From assembly GCA_040752695.1 (NCBI GenBank), contig JBFMGO010000024.1, forward strand, positions 18,876 through 57,046: a stretch of 38,171 bases of DNA, written 5' to 3'. Each line of letters begins with the position of its first letter. Position 1 is the stretch's first letter. The position numbers were made by a program, and so were the translations under genes. The notes beneath the pieces were generated by a model, which saw only the letters and a program-made list of their open reading frames with translations, was not told the DNA's origin and searched no databases. Shown here one piece after another: positions 27,554 to 37,300 of this stretch. This DNA comes from a bacterium (GTDB lineage: Bacteria; SZUA-182; DTGQ01).

Positions 27554-27994
27554 ATGGCAAACGAAGAAGGAATGGTAACGGCGGTTGAGGGATCATACGC
27601 ACTGGTCAAAGTAATTCGGAAATCCAGTTGTGCGCATTGTCCTTCTGCCGGATCGTGCCATATAGAGTCCGACAGGGATATGATAGTCAGGGCCCAAAAT
27701 GGAGTCGGCGCACGGGTTGGTCAGAGGGTGCAGCTTTTTATCGCTCCGAGATCAGTCCTTGCCGCCTCGTTTCTGCTCTATATCATTCCCCTCTTTGGGC
27801 TTATTCTGGGAGCGATCATAGGGAAGCTTCTTTTGTCTGTTGTCTGGCCCGGTCTCTCCTCGGAACTCCTGTCCGCAGGGGCTGGGCTGATCACCATGGG
27901 GGGGACCTTTGCAGGTATCCGGTATTACGACCGGCGGCGTATGTCTAAAACACGCTTCATGCCGAGGATTATCCAGGTCGAAGTATCTTCGTAA
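27554..27994 (+). CDS. rseC: SoxR reducing system RseC/MucC family protein
   Basis: EEGMV N-terminus, RKSSCAHCPSAGSC, GARVGQRV, ASFLLYIIPL and a C-terminal PRI; RBS GAGGAG. Confidence 0.85.
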   Translation: MANEEGMVTAVEGSYALVKVIRKSSCAHCPSAGSCHIESDRDMIVRAQNGVGARVGQRVQLFIAPRSVLAASFLLYIIPLFGLILGAIIGKLLLSVVWPGLSSELLSAGAGLITMGGTFAGIRYYDRRRMSKTRFMPRIIQVEVSS

Positions 27995-28068
27995 TTTTTT
28001 TACTTGATCATCTAGCTTATACCCGCATTATCCAACTTCACAATCATTGTCAAAAAAGGAGAAAAAGT

Positions 28069-29283
28069 ATGGCTGAAATCAAAAAGATCGGCATTCTGAC
28101 AAGTGGTGGTGATTGTGGCGGTCTGAATGCAGTGGTCAAAGGTGCTGCTCAGATGGCTAACTCCCTGGGGATCGAGTCGGTGATTATTCCCAATGGGTAT
28201 GCAGGGCTCTACAATCTGGTGAATTTCGACAAACTGGTTACGTTGACGCCAAGCCGCCTTGATCGGTTTGAAGCCTATCCCGCTGGATCGGAAGCGGGTC
28301 ATTCGCGGGTGAAGATTAAGAAGATCAAGGATCCTGCAAAGTATGAAAGAATACGTGATGGATTGCAGCGCTTTTCCATCGATGCTCTGGTTATCAGTGG
28401 AGGAGACGATACCGGAAGTGTCCTGGTGGATCTTTCCGAAAAAGGTATCCCCTGCATCCATGCGCCTAAAACCATGGACCTTGACCTACAGAGCTACTCG
28501 GTGGGAGGAGATTCCACGATCAACCGGATCAGCCGGTTTGTTCAGGATCTGAAAACTACCGGCAGAACCCATAACCGAATTATCGTGACCGAGGTTTTTG
28601 GACGGTATGCCGGTCATACGGCTTTTCGTGGCGGAGTGGCCGCAGAGGCGGATGCGATCCTGATCCCGGAGATTCCGGTAGATTTCGATATCCTCTACCA
28701 GCATCTCTTCGTCACTTTTACCCGGCGCATCAGGGAGAACGACGCCAAAGCCGGAACCTACACCGTTGTTGTTGCCGAGGGAATGACCGATGCATCGGGC
28801 AGGGAAATCGTTGATGAAAGCGCCGGGGTGGATGCTTTCGGTCATAAAAAATTGGCCGGAGCTGGAAAATATGTCTGCCAGGAATTGGAAAAACGGCTGA
28901 AAGCAGACCTGAGGATCAGAACATTTATGAAAGAAACCGGCCAGTTTGTGGAGGAGCTCTATGAAATCCCCGAAGTTCGAAGCGTCAGGCCGGGACACCT
29001 AGTGCGGGCAGGTGAATCTTCGTCGTATGATGTCAATTTCGGTAAAGAAGCCGGGGCCGGGGCCGTGCTGCTTCTCAAGCAGGGGATTACCGGTGTGACT
29101 ATCTGCAGGATCAATGGAAAGTCTATCCTGTACCAGAAAACAGAGGATGTTATCAAGCAGCGTCATGTTAATCTGGATATGGTGGCCCTGTATGAAACCA
29201 TGGGATTTTGCTTTGGACGAAATCCTGTTCCCTATCAGGGTGAAGCAGTAGAAGTAACTGGTTCCATTGACCGGATCTATTAA
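28069..29283 (+). CDS. pfkA: 6-phosphofructokinase family protein, probably pyrophosphate-dependent
   Basis: IGILTSGGDCGGLNAVV, ISGGDDT, PKTMDLD, EVFGRYAG, LIPE, VVAEG, DAFGH and GHLVRAG; RBS AAGGAG. Confidence 0.9.
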   Translation: MAEIKKIGILTSGGDCGGLNAVVKGAAQMANSLGIESVIIPNGYAGLYNLVNFDKLVTLTPSRLDRFEAYPAGSEAGHSRVKIKKIKDPAKYERIRDGLQRFSIDALVISGGDDTGSVLVDLSEKGIPCIHAPKTMDLDLQSYSVGGDSTINRISRFVQDLKTTGRTHNRIIVTEVFGRYAGHTAFRGGVAAEADAILIPEIPVDFDILYQHLFVTFTRRIRENDAKAGTYTVVVAEGMTDASGREIVDESAGVDAFGHKKLAGAGKYVCQELEKRLKADLRIRTFMKETGQFVEELYEIPEVRSVRPGHLVRAGESSSYDVNFGKEAGAGAVLLLKQGITGVTICRINGKSILYQKTEDVIKQRHVNLDMVALYETMGFCFGRNPVPYQGEAVEVTGSIDRIY

Positions 29284-29299
29284 AATCATATCTGCCTTC

Positions 29300-29346
29300 A
29301 AAAAAGCAAAAGGCCGGGATTTTCCTCCCGGCCTTTTGCTTTTTTT
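29300..29346. terminator. Strong bidirectional Rho-independent terminator
   Basis: AAAAAAGCAAAAGGCCGGGA-TTTTCC-TCCCGGCCTTTTGCTTTTTT perfect inverted repeat just after the pfk stop. Confidence 0.9.
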
Positions 29347-29795
29347 CTTTCCCGCCGGGTAAAATCCTTCTTCCTCATTCCCCCCCTTTTTTTCGGTTCC
29401 TCTGCGCCTCTCTTTAGCATCTTCCTTTCTTTTTCTCATTCCTGGCTCTTTTGAACATCCCGGCACTCTTGCACAACAAAAAAACAGATGAATAGTTATA
29501 AATGCATTATCTTTTACTCTATCCTACTAGGTAATGGCAAAAATCCACGATATATAAATATCCCGCCCAAGTTGCGGGGTACGTAAGTCGTAGCCAACGT
29601 AATTGAAAAGGGGCTTTTTTTCATGGAAAAAGAAAGAAACGGATAATCCGTAAGATCAAAAGAGTGTCGGTTGTGATTGAGAGCACGATGACGGATGGAA
29701 AGAGAATTTTTTGCTCATAAGTGAGGTGATTGAAATAGCCCTTCTCTAGTTTGGTTTCAATTGCTTCGAAAAAAACAAAAAAAGGAGGAAAATAT

Positions 29796-31088
29796 ATGAA
29801 AAGGACGTTAGCCTTGGTTTTGCTGGTGACTATCTTGCTGGGTATTGGTAAAACCAGAGCCTATGCGACTGACATGGGTTTTGGTGGAGAGTATCGCATT
29901 CGTGGCTGGTGGCTGGGAAAGTATAATGTTGACGACCGGTTGGGGCCTGAAGAGGATTCGGCCTATTGGGATCAGCGGTTTCGGTTGACGATGGAGACGA
30001 AGCTGGTAGATAACGTGCAGGGATTCGTAAGACTCCTGGTATCGGATAATGATGCCTGGGATTCCCAGGAAGCCAGACCCGGCAACAGAGAGGTTGATTT
30101 TGATCTGGCTTATCTAAAGCTGAATGTGCCTTATACTCCCTTTGCTCTCAAATTGGGAAGAATAGATTTGCGATTGGGGCACTATCTCGTTCTTGGCAGC
30201 ACCATGACCTATGATGCACTGTTAGCCGAAGGAGCACAGCAAGGGCCGGAAAGTGTTCAGTACGGTGTGTTTACTGCCAAGATCCATGAGGGAAGAAAGT
30301 CTGCTTACGAAGATGATATCGATCTTTATGGAGCATATCTCAATATGCTGCCTCAGCCCGATTTTAACGTCGGATTGTTCGGCGTTTTCGGGAACCACGC
30401 AGGAAAGGAGACAGTTAACCGGATCGTAGATAGCACAGCGAGTAACTTCGATAATGCCTTTAACCAGGCGTTTTGGATCGGTGTAACGAGTGATGTAACC
30501 ATGGATCCACTCAAGTTTCAATTCGAATTCGACTACAGTCAGTTAACCCTGGATAAGGCCTCTACCGGATATGCCGATGATACCAGTGCCACTGGTTTTG
30601 CCGCCTATGGGAATATTTCCGGAATGGTTGCCAATATGAACATCGGAGGTTCCGTATTGTATGCCAGCGGAGATGAAAACGGCCTGAGTACGAATCCAGA
30701 GGACAGGGATTCTTTTTCCCCAATAAGATCCACTTTTTCCGATATGAACAAATACGATCTGATCACCCTGTACTGGGTTCGTAACGACGTCCTGACCAAT
30801 ATCATGGCCTATCAGATCTACTTGGAAGGAAAAATGCTGAATGATAAAATTGCAGCCAAGCTCTCCGCTCAATATTATCAGCTCGACAAGGCCGAGACAA
30901 TACCAGGGGTGGCGGAGCCACGGGAAAAGACCATCGGAACAGAAATAGATGCACGATTTTCTTACAATATCTTCGAGAATCTCACCTTTACGGGAAAGGC
31001 CGGCCTGCTCTTGACTGATGACGAATACTTCGGGGCTGACAGCGACAATATATGGCTCCTCGGCCATGAATGGGTGCTTTCCTTTTAG
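29796..31088 (+). CDS. Outer-membrane beta-barrel porin (OmpJ/alginate-export-like)
   Basis: RBS AAGGAGG, signal peptide ending RAYA, FGGEYRIRG, WDQRFRL, alternating beta-strands, IGTEIDARFSY and terminal Phe (WVLSF). Confidence 0.82.
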   Translation: MKRTLALVLLVTILLGIGKTRAYATDMGFGGEYRIRGWWLGKYNVDDRLGPEEDSAYWDQRFRLTMETKLVDNVQGFVRLLVSDNDAWDSQEARPGNREVDFDLAYLKLNVPYTPFALKLGRIDLRLGHYLVLGSTMTYDALLAEGAQQGPESVQYGVFTAKIHEGRKSAYEDDIDLYGAYLNMLPQPDFNVGLFGVFGNHAGKETVNRIVDSTASNFDNAFNQAFWIGVTSDVTMDPLKFQFEFDYSQLTLDKASTGYADDTSATGFAAYGNISGMVANMNIGGSVLYASGDENGLSTNPEDRDSFSPIRSTFSDMNKYDLITLYWVRNDVLTNIMAYQIYLEGKMLNDKIAAKLSAQYYQLDKAETIPGVAEPREKTIGTEIDARFSYNIFENLTFTGKAGLLLTDDEYFGADSDNIWLLGHEWVLSF

Positions 31089-31132
31089 GGGGAGGAGAGA
31101 ATAACGGCAGTTATATACTTTCGGCCACCAGG

Positions 31133-31179
31133 AAAAACCCCAGAAAAGGCATTTAAAACCTTTGCTGGGGATTTTTTTT
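31133..31179. terminator. Bidirectional terminator between convergent genes
   Basis: AAAAA-CCCCAG-AAAAGG...CCTTT-G-CTGGGG-ATTTTTTTT. Confidence 0.7.
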
Positions 31180-31218
31180 AATAACGTTGTATAGAAGCTG
31201 CAAGAGGGCAGGGGGCTC

Positions 31219-31608
31219 TTACAGCCAGGAGAGTATGGCAACACCCAGAACGACCAGGATCAATCCCCAGAGCCGGATAAACCGATCGGATGCTTGAGAA
31301 AACCACCATTGTAAAAACTTCCTGGAATTATGAGGTGGAAGAAGAAAGAACAGGATTCCCTTGATGCAGGCAAGAAGTCCCAGGGCGAAAACGAACCACA
31401 GCGGTTTGTAAACCCCTTCTTTACTGTAGTTCAAGAGTGCCGATACACAAAGTAACACCCCGATGAGAAAGGGAAATATACCCAAAATCTTAGGATTGCG
31501 TTCAACCATGATCTTTTTCAGGATGCTATTTGATTGCTCGGTATACAAGACTTGAACCGTGCCTAGGATGACCCATAATAAACCAATTGTATATAAAAAC
31601 CATTTCAT
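31219..31608 (-). CDS. Small integral membrane protein (DUF2065-like)
   Basis: Four hydrophobic segments, ACIKGILFFLLP and SDRFIRLWGLILVVLG; RBS GGGAGAG. Confidence 0.7.
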   Translation of the reverse strand: MKWFLYTIGLLWVILGTVQVLYTEQSNSILKKIMVERNPKILGIFPFLIGVLLCVSALLNYSKEGVYKPLWFVFALGLLACIKGILFFLLPPHNSRKFLQWWFSQASDRFIRLWGLILVVLGVAILSWL

Positions 31609-31870
31609 TTATCATCTCTCCCCTTCAGCCCAGAGTTTTAAAGGTGTTTTTTCCCCTCTCTCCAATATTCCTTAAGTGCCTAGAATTCTAAAGGATGTCA
31701 CGAATTCTAAAGAATAGTAAGAATGTCAAGCATTCCTTTTGGATAGCGATCGATTTTTTATTCTTTTACAGTCTAGTTTTTTTTCACCATTCTGTCAATA
31801 CAATTATGATCATTAAATATATCTATACATGGGTTTCCCCGTGATCGAGTGACCTGAAAATAAAAAGAGA

Positions 31871-31900
31871 TTGACAATCCTGGTAATAATATGATACTTT
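31871..31900 (+). promoter_or_regulatory. Sigma-70-type promoter
   Basis: TTGACA (31871-31876), 18-nt spacer and extended -10 TGaTACTTT, ~90 nt before the ATG at 31988. Confidence 0.55.
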
Positions 31901-31987
31901 CGATATACGGTTACATTGTGGGAAAGTATGCCATTTTTTTTGCTTCCATATAAGATCCTGATTTTAAATTGCGAGAGGACGTTATTA

Positions 31988-33028
31988 ATGTTTAAGAGGG
32001 TCATTTGTCAAGGCATAGTCTTTATCGTTTTAGCTTGTTGCGGGGTGTTTTTACTTTTTCCTCCATCGGTTGGTTTTGCCCAGAATCCTGAGGCTCAGGA
32101 AACCGATGGACTCATACAGATTAAAGCAGAAAACGGGCTGTTGTCCGTAAATTTAGTAAATGCCCAACTCGTTCAGGTCCTCCAGGAGATTGCCCGACAG
32201 ACAGGAGTACAGTTTGTGGGATGGGAAAATGCGCAGGGTCTGGTAACCCAGCAGTTTGATAATGTCCCTCTCGATGAAGGGCTTAAGAGAATCAGCCAGA
32301 GCTTCATTATGGTCTTAAGGAAGGCGGGCGAAGAAGGCAAGCCTCTTCGAGTTGAAAAAGTTATTATCATAGCCCAGAATGATACCCCTGCCGCTCCTTT
32401 AGAGACGGAACCGGAGGAGAAACCGGCAGCAGTCTCGATTCCCTCCATTCCGGTCGTACAGCCGGATAGCAGCAACAGGCCACCGGCTCAAGTAACCCCT
32501 CCTCCGCAAAAAGTCGAGCCTCCAAAAGAAGAAGTGTTCCGAACCCCTGAAGCGGAAAAGAAACAACCTCCCAGAGATATGGCACGCAGTGAAGAATCCT
32601 CCCCCCCCGCTGCTGTGGTGAATGCGCCGGAAACGAACGTGCCTGAAAAAATCAAATCCGAGGGCAAAAAGGGCAGGGGAAAGAAAACGAAACCGTCTGC
32701 AAAAGTCGCTTCTCTCCAATCTGCAACCAATCTCGATCGAACCCGAGGCGAGGAATTTTTCAAACAAAAGCGATGGGATAAAGTAGTCACCTATTTCGGA
32801 AGATACTTAGAGCAAAATCCTCAGGATCAGGAGATTCAAGAGAAATTCGAAACTGCCAGGAAAAATGCCGAGCAGGCAATCAGCTTATATCAGCAAGGGA
32901 AAAAACTTGAAGATGAGGAGAATTTTGAGGCCGCATATGAGTGCTATAAAAAAACCTGCGATATTTATCCCCTCTTGTATGATGCATGGGAAAGAATGAA
33001 TGCCATTCAACGGAAAGTTCAGAAATAG
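31988..33028 (+). CDS. Exported protein with STN/secretin-N0-like domain, Pro/Glu-rich linker and C-terminal TPR-like helices
   Basis: RBS GAGAGGA, signal peptide ending GFA, LSVNLVNAQLVQVLQEIARQTGVQF...FDNVPLDEGLKRI, and TPR-like GEEFFKQKRWDKVVTYFGRYLEQNP and YQQGKKLEDEENFEAAYECYKK. Confidence 0.7.
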   Translation: MFKRVICQGIVFIVLACCGVFLLFPPSVGFAQNPEAQETDGLIQIKAENGLLSVNLVNAQLVQVLQEIARQTGVQFVGWENAQGLVTQQFDNVPLDEGLKRISQSFIMVLRKAGEEGKPLRVEKVIIIAQNDTPAAPLETEPEEKPAAVSIPSIPVVQPDSSNRPPAQVTPPPQKVEPPKEEVFRTPEAEKKQPPRDMARSEESSPPAAVVNAPETNVPEKIKSEGKKGRGKKTKPSAKVASLQSATNLDRTRGEEFFKQKRWDKVVTYFGRYLEQNPQDQEIQEKFETARKNAEQAISLYQQGKKLEDEENFEAAYECYKKTCDIYPLLYDAWERMNAIQRKVQK

Positions 33029-33194
33029 TGTGACGATGCTTTATACTCGACAACATGAATGAGACTATCCTACCTACCCCTTTCGAGAAAGCGGCTCAGG
33101 GGAGCCTGGCCGACACTCAAAAAGTTTACTATCAGGTGCATAAACTTATAAGGCTGGAGGTTAAGCTTTTTATGAGGAGAGATAGAAGTTCAAT

Positions 33195-34097
33195 ATGAGT
33201 GAGGGGAGAATCTTAATTATCGATGATGATGATAAGACTCGAAGTGCCTATAAAGACTTGCTCACGGGGTGCGGATTTGATACTCGTGTGGCTGAGAATG
33301 AAATCCGGGCATTGGAATTACTGAGGTGCGAAAATTACCATGCCGTCCTTTTGGACCTTATGGTATCCGGTAATGTACTGGTTGCTGTTGCCGAGAGAAT
33401 TAAAAAAGAATTCCCCACGGTTTTCATCTCCTTAATGATTGTCGATTCAACACCTGCTCTGATTAAAAGAGCAATCGATGCGGGAATTGACGAATATCTG
33501 GTAAAGCCTTTACTGCCAATGCGTCTTATTGATGGAGTCAAAAAGGGTATCCTCCGCTATACACTGGAGGAGGAAAACCGGCAACTGAAGCAGAAACTTG
33601 AGGAAATTCAAGCCCAAAACCGCAAATGGATCATGCATGACCTTGAAACAGGTGTGTTTAACAGCCGTTATTTCTCTGAGAGGCTGGACACCGAGATCAA
33701 GAGAGCCAAGCGCCATGAGCACTGGCTTTCCCTCCTTTTGTGCGACTTAGGCAAGGATGCATTCAGTATCGGTGAGGAAGGAGATAACGCCTCCCCTGCT
33801 GATGGAATTTTGGAATTACTCAAAATTATATCGGGGAACATTCGGGAAGTGGATATTATTACCCGCTACAATTCCGGCTTTGCTCTTATTCTGCCGGAGA
33901 CAACTGCTGAGGGATCCTCTACTCTCTGTAGCAGGTTAAAAAGGAGCCTGGCTCAAACATTTGAGGGAAACGATAAGGATAGCAAAAACCCCGATGCCAG
34001 CCTGAATCCGAATATCCGGTTTGGCTCAGCCACCTATCCATTTGATTCGCATCTGCCCAAAAGATTGATCAAGATTGCTGAGGACAGGCTGCAGTAA
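33195..34097 (+). CDS. Response regulator with a degenerate GGDEF domain
   Basis: REC (ILIIDDD, LLDLM, YLVKP), coiled linker, DLETGVFNSRYF; the active site reads RYNSGF and the I-site REVD is retained. Confidence 0.85.
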   Translation: MSEGRILIIDDDDKTRSAYKDLLTGCGFDTRVAENEIRALELLRCENYHAVLLDLMVSGNVLVAVAERIKKEFPTVFISLMIVDSTPALIKRAIDAGIDEYLVKPLLPMRLIDGVKKGILRYTLEEENRQLKQKLEEIQAQNRKWIMHDLETGVFNSRYFSERLDTEIKRAKRHEHWLSLLLCDLGKDAFSIGEEGDNASPADGILELLKIISGNIREVDIITRYNSGFALILPETTAEGSSTLCSRLKRSLAQTFEGNDKDSKNPDASLNPNIRFGSATYPFDSHLPKRLIKIAEDRLQ

Positions 34098-34328
34098 ATA
34101 TCCTTCGACCGGAAGTATGAGGAATTCGGTACTCATCAGCAATCCTTAAAAAGGCTTTCTCTTCTCGATCCTTTGAACTGAATGACCAGCAAAAGGTTAT
34201 CTTTTTAGTCGCTGCCAGACGTCTTATCAAGTACTTTTATTTCTTCAAGGCTACCTGAAAATTAATTGAAAAACCATAGCTAGCATAAAAATCAGGCATT
34301 AATTATTGTTATTTGTGAGAGCTCTTCT

Positions 34329-37300
34329 ATGAATTTATATGACCTGTCCGAAAATTATGCCGCTTCCGGGAAGATTACTTCTTCAGGTATTTATATGCTG
34401 CGCTCTGCCTTAAAAAAGCTCTACGAGGCATACGGTCTGGAACCTGGAGGAGAAATTGCGGAAGATTCCTTCTCCCGCCTTCTGGACCGGCTCGAGAACC
34501 ATCTTAAAAGCCAAGGGAAAACCTCAAAGGTAATTCGAGAAAATAAATACTGGATTCGTCGCCTCATCAAGTTTAGTGCTAAAGTTGATTTTCTACGGTT
34601 GCAGGGCGATCAAATGATCGAGCTCCCCAAGACCCTGTCAAAATCGCCCCCATCTGCCGAAACATTACCGGAAGAGGATACGGAAGAAGGGGACGAGTCT
34701 GTTGCGAATACTGCCCCTCAAAAACAGGGGAAAGAGATCTACCTGCCTGATAAAGATCCCGAAAGTATAAAGATATTTAGGACTCCCTGGCTGATCAAGC
34801 TTGTTTTGATCTTGATTGGTATTGTAGTTATCGGAATGGTATTTATTGCGGATTTAATCCACCGGCAATTTGAAAGCTATGTTTTTGAGCAATTTCAGCA
34901 GCATCAGCTTGTTATCGCCAGAAGCGTCGTTTATGGAATCCGTGAATTTATGGTGGAATTGGAGAAAGAGATTAATTTTCTAGCCCAATCCAGAAATATC
35001 CAGCTTATGGACCCCCGCTGTCAATCGGAATTAAATAAAGTATACCAGATTAATAAGATCTATATTCGTAGTATTAAGATCATCGATTCTCTCGGTATCG
35101 TCCGTTACGGCATAGCTGATGGCGGGGAAGAAGTGACAAGAGACATCCCCACCAGTTTGGAAAGTGCACTCAGGCGAACGGATCAGGTTCATACGGATTT
35201 GGTTTCCTCTTCAAAAGGGCTGATACTGAGGATATCCATTCCGATTGTCATTGGTTGTCCCATGATAAAAGACCTGCCGGAGGCTGCGAACGGTCAGGGC
35301 AATGCCTCTGTCATCGTTGTGGAAATCGATCTTTTCAAGACCGCAGAAACCTTTCTTCAACATGTAAGTTCGGGAGAGCACAGGTACGGCCTTCTCATTA
35401 ACCAGGATGGAACGATCCTTTATCATACCGATCACAAATATATAGGTACGCAATTTCTGGAAGATTCGGAAAACTCACCAAATTCCTCTCTATCCATGTA
35501 CAGGGATAAGATTCTGGAAAGTATTCAACAGAATAAGGAGGGATTCAGTGAGGAAAGATTTATTAAGGATCTGGGGCAATTAGGGGATGCACACCCCAGA
35601 TTATTCGCTTATTCCCCGCTCCAGATTCATGAGCAACTCTGGTCAGTTGTCGTTGCTGCACCTTATGATGAGATCCACCCGATTAACCGTGTCCATCGCA
35701 ACATCGCCATGCTCATGGTTGGCCTTTTTTGCCTGGTTACGCTCGGAAGTTTTATTATTTTTAAAGTAAATAAAAAGCGGATACAGGGAGAAGAAGAAAT
35801 CAAATATCTGGAAAAGAAACTGGTAATGGAGGATCAGATTAGAAAATCCGAAGAGCTGCTCCGGGCTATTCTCGAATCCATAGGAAGTGACCGTATCTCA
35901 ATTATGGACAAAGATCTGAATATCATCTGGGCTAATCCTGTAGCATTCGAAAGGTATGGGGACATTATCGCCAAAAAATGTTACCGGGTATATAAAGGAG
36001 CCGATACACCCTGCAATTCCTGCCCGGTACAAAAGACTTTCGAAGATGGAAAAATTTACTCTTCGGAGGAATTTGCCATAGCCGATAAAGACTGTACTGG
36101 CATTTTCTACTTGACAAGTACATCTCCTATCCGTGACCGGGGCGGGAATATCGTCTCAGTAGTCGAAACATCGAAGGATATTACAGCCCAGATACGGTTA
36201 CAGGAGGAAATCAAGAGTAACCGTGACTTACTGGATGCAATTTTGAACAATATGAATGATGGCATAAGGGTCATTGATACTAAGTTTAATATTCTTTTCA
36301 TGAACCAAAACCTGGTGGATCTGTTTGGCAATCAAATTCATAAAAAATGCTACCGGGCCTTCATGGGCGGCGATTCGCCCTGTAATCCATGCAGTCTGGA
36401 TAAGATTTTCAAAGATAATCACCAATCGGTTAACTTCATTAAGGAAGATAAGCAAAAGCGGCTGATTGAGATCTCTGCATCAGTCCTGAGTATTGAAGAA
36501 GGGAGCCGCTCGATTATTGAAGTAGTGAGAGATATCACTGAAAGGAGAAGGCTGGAAGAGCAGCTCATAGAATCGGAGCAGCGTCGGATTAAAGAGTTAA
36601 AGGAACGATATCGGTTTGGAAATATTATCGGCAAGAATCCCAAGATGCAGGAGATTTACGAGCTTATCCAGGTTGTTGCCCAAAATATGACAACGGTTCT
36701 CCTGTTAGGGGAAAGCGGAACCGGGAAAGAATTAATTGCCAGAGCTATTCATTATAATAGTCCCCAGCATGATAAACCCTTTGTCGAGGTGTGCTGCTCC
36801 GTATTGTCCGAAAATCTTCTCGAAAGTGAATTGTTTGGTCATGTCAAGGGAGCCTTTACAGGAGCCATTCGAGATAAAATAGGTCGGTTTGAAATGGCCG
36901 ATGGAGGAAGTATTTTTTTGGATGAGGTTGGTGATATCAGCCCCTCCATTCAAGTCAAGCTGCTGAGAGTGATACAGGAGAGGGAATTCGTTCCGGTCGG
37001 TGGAGAGAAGGTAAAGAAAGTGAATGTGAGAATTATCACTGCCACGAATAAAGATATGAAAAAGGCAGTCGAAGACAAGGAATTTCGAGAAGATCTTTAT
37101 TACCGTCTCAATGTAGTCACTATTCATATCCCCCCCTTGAGGGAGCGAATGGAAGATCTTCCCATGCTGGTTAACCATTTTATCGAGAAGTTCAGGGAAA
37201 AGACGGAAAAACCTATCCAATCGATAAACAGTCATGCCATGGATCTTTTGTTCGCCTATTCCTGGCCGGGAAATGTTCGTGAATTAGAAAATGCCATAGA

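Noticed and set aside
29530..29615. Possible c-di-GMP-I (GEMM) riboswitch before the porin (GGCAAA ... ACGTAAG)
   Set aside because: There is no GNRA-capped P2 between the motifs and no recognisable P3 or receptor, so the resemblance is superficial; cmscan would settle it.
33093..33106. GGCTC-AGGG-GAGCC hairpin resembling the GGGGA-tipped stems of the terminal array
   Set aside because: A single 5-bp stem ~90 nt from the start codon; too short to support a link.
34329..34600. Prophage or integrative element
   Set aside because: Only an integrase-like N-terminal segment fused in frame to a regulator; no catalytic R-H-R-Y domain, att sites, tRNA or phage genes.
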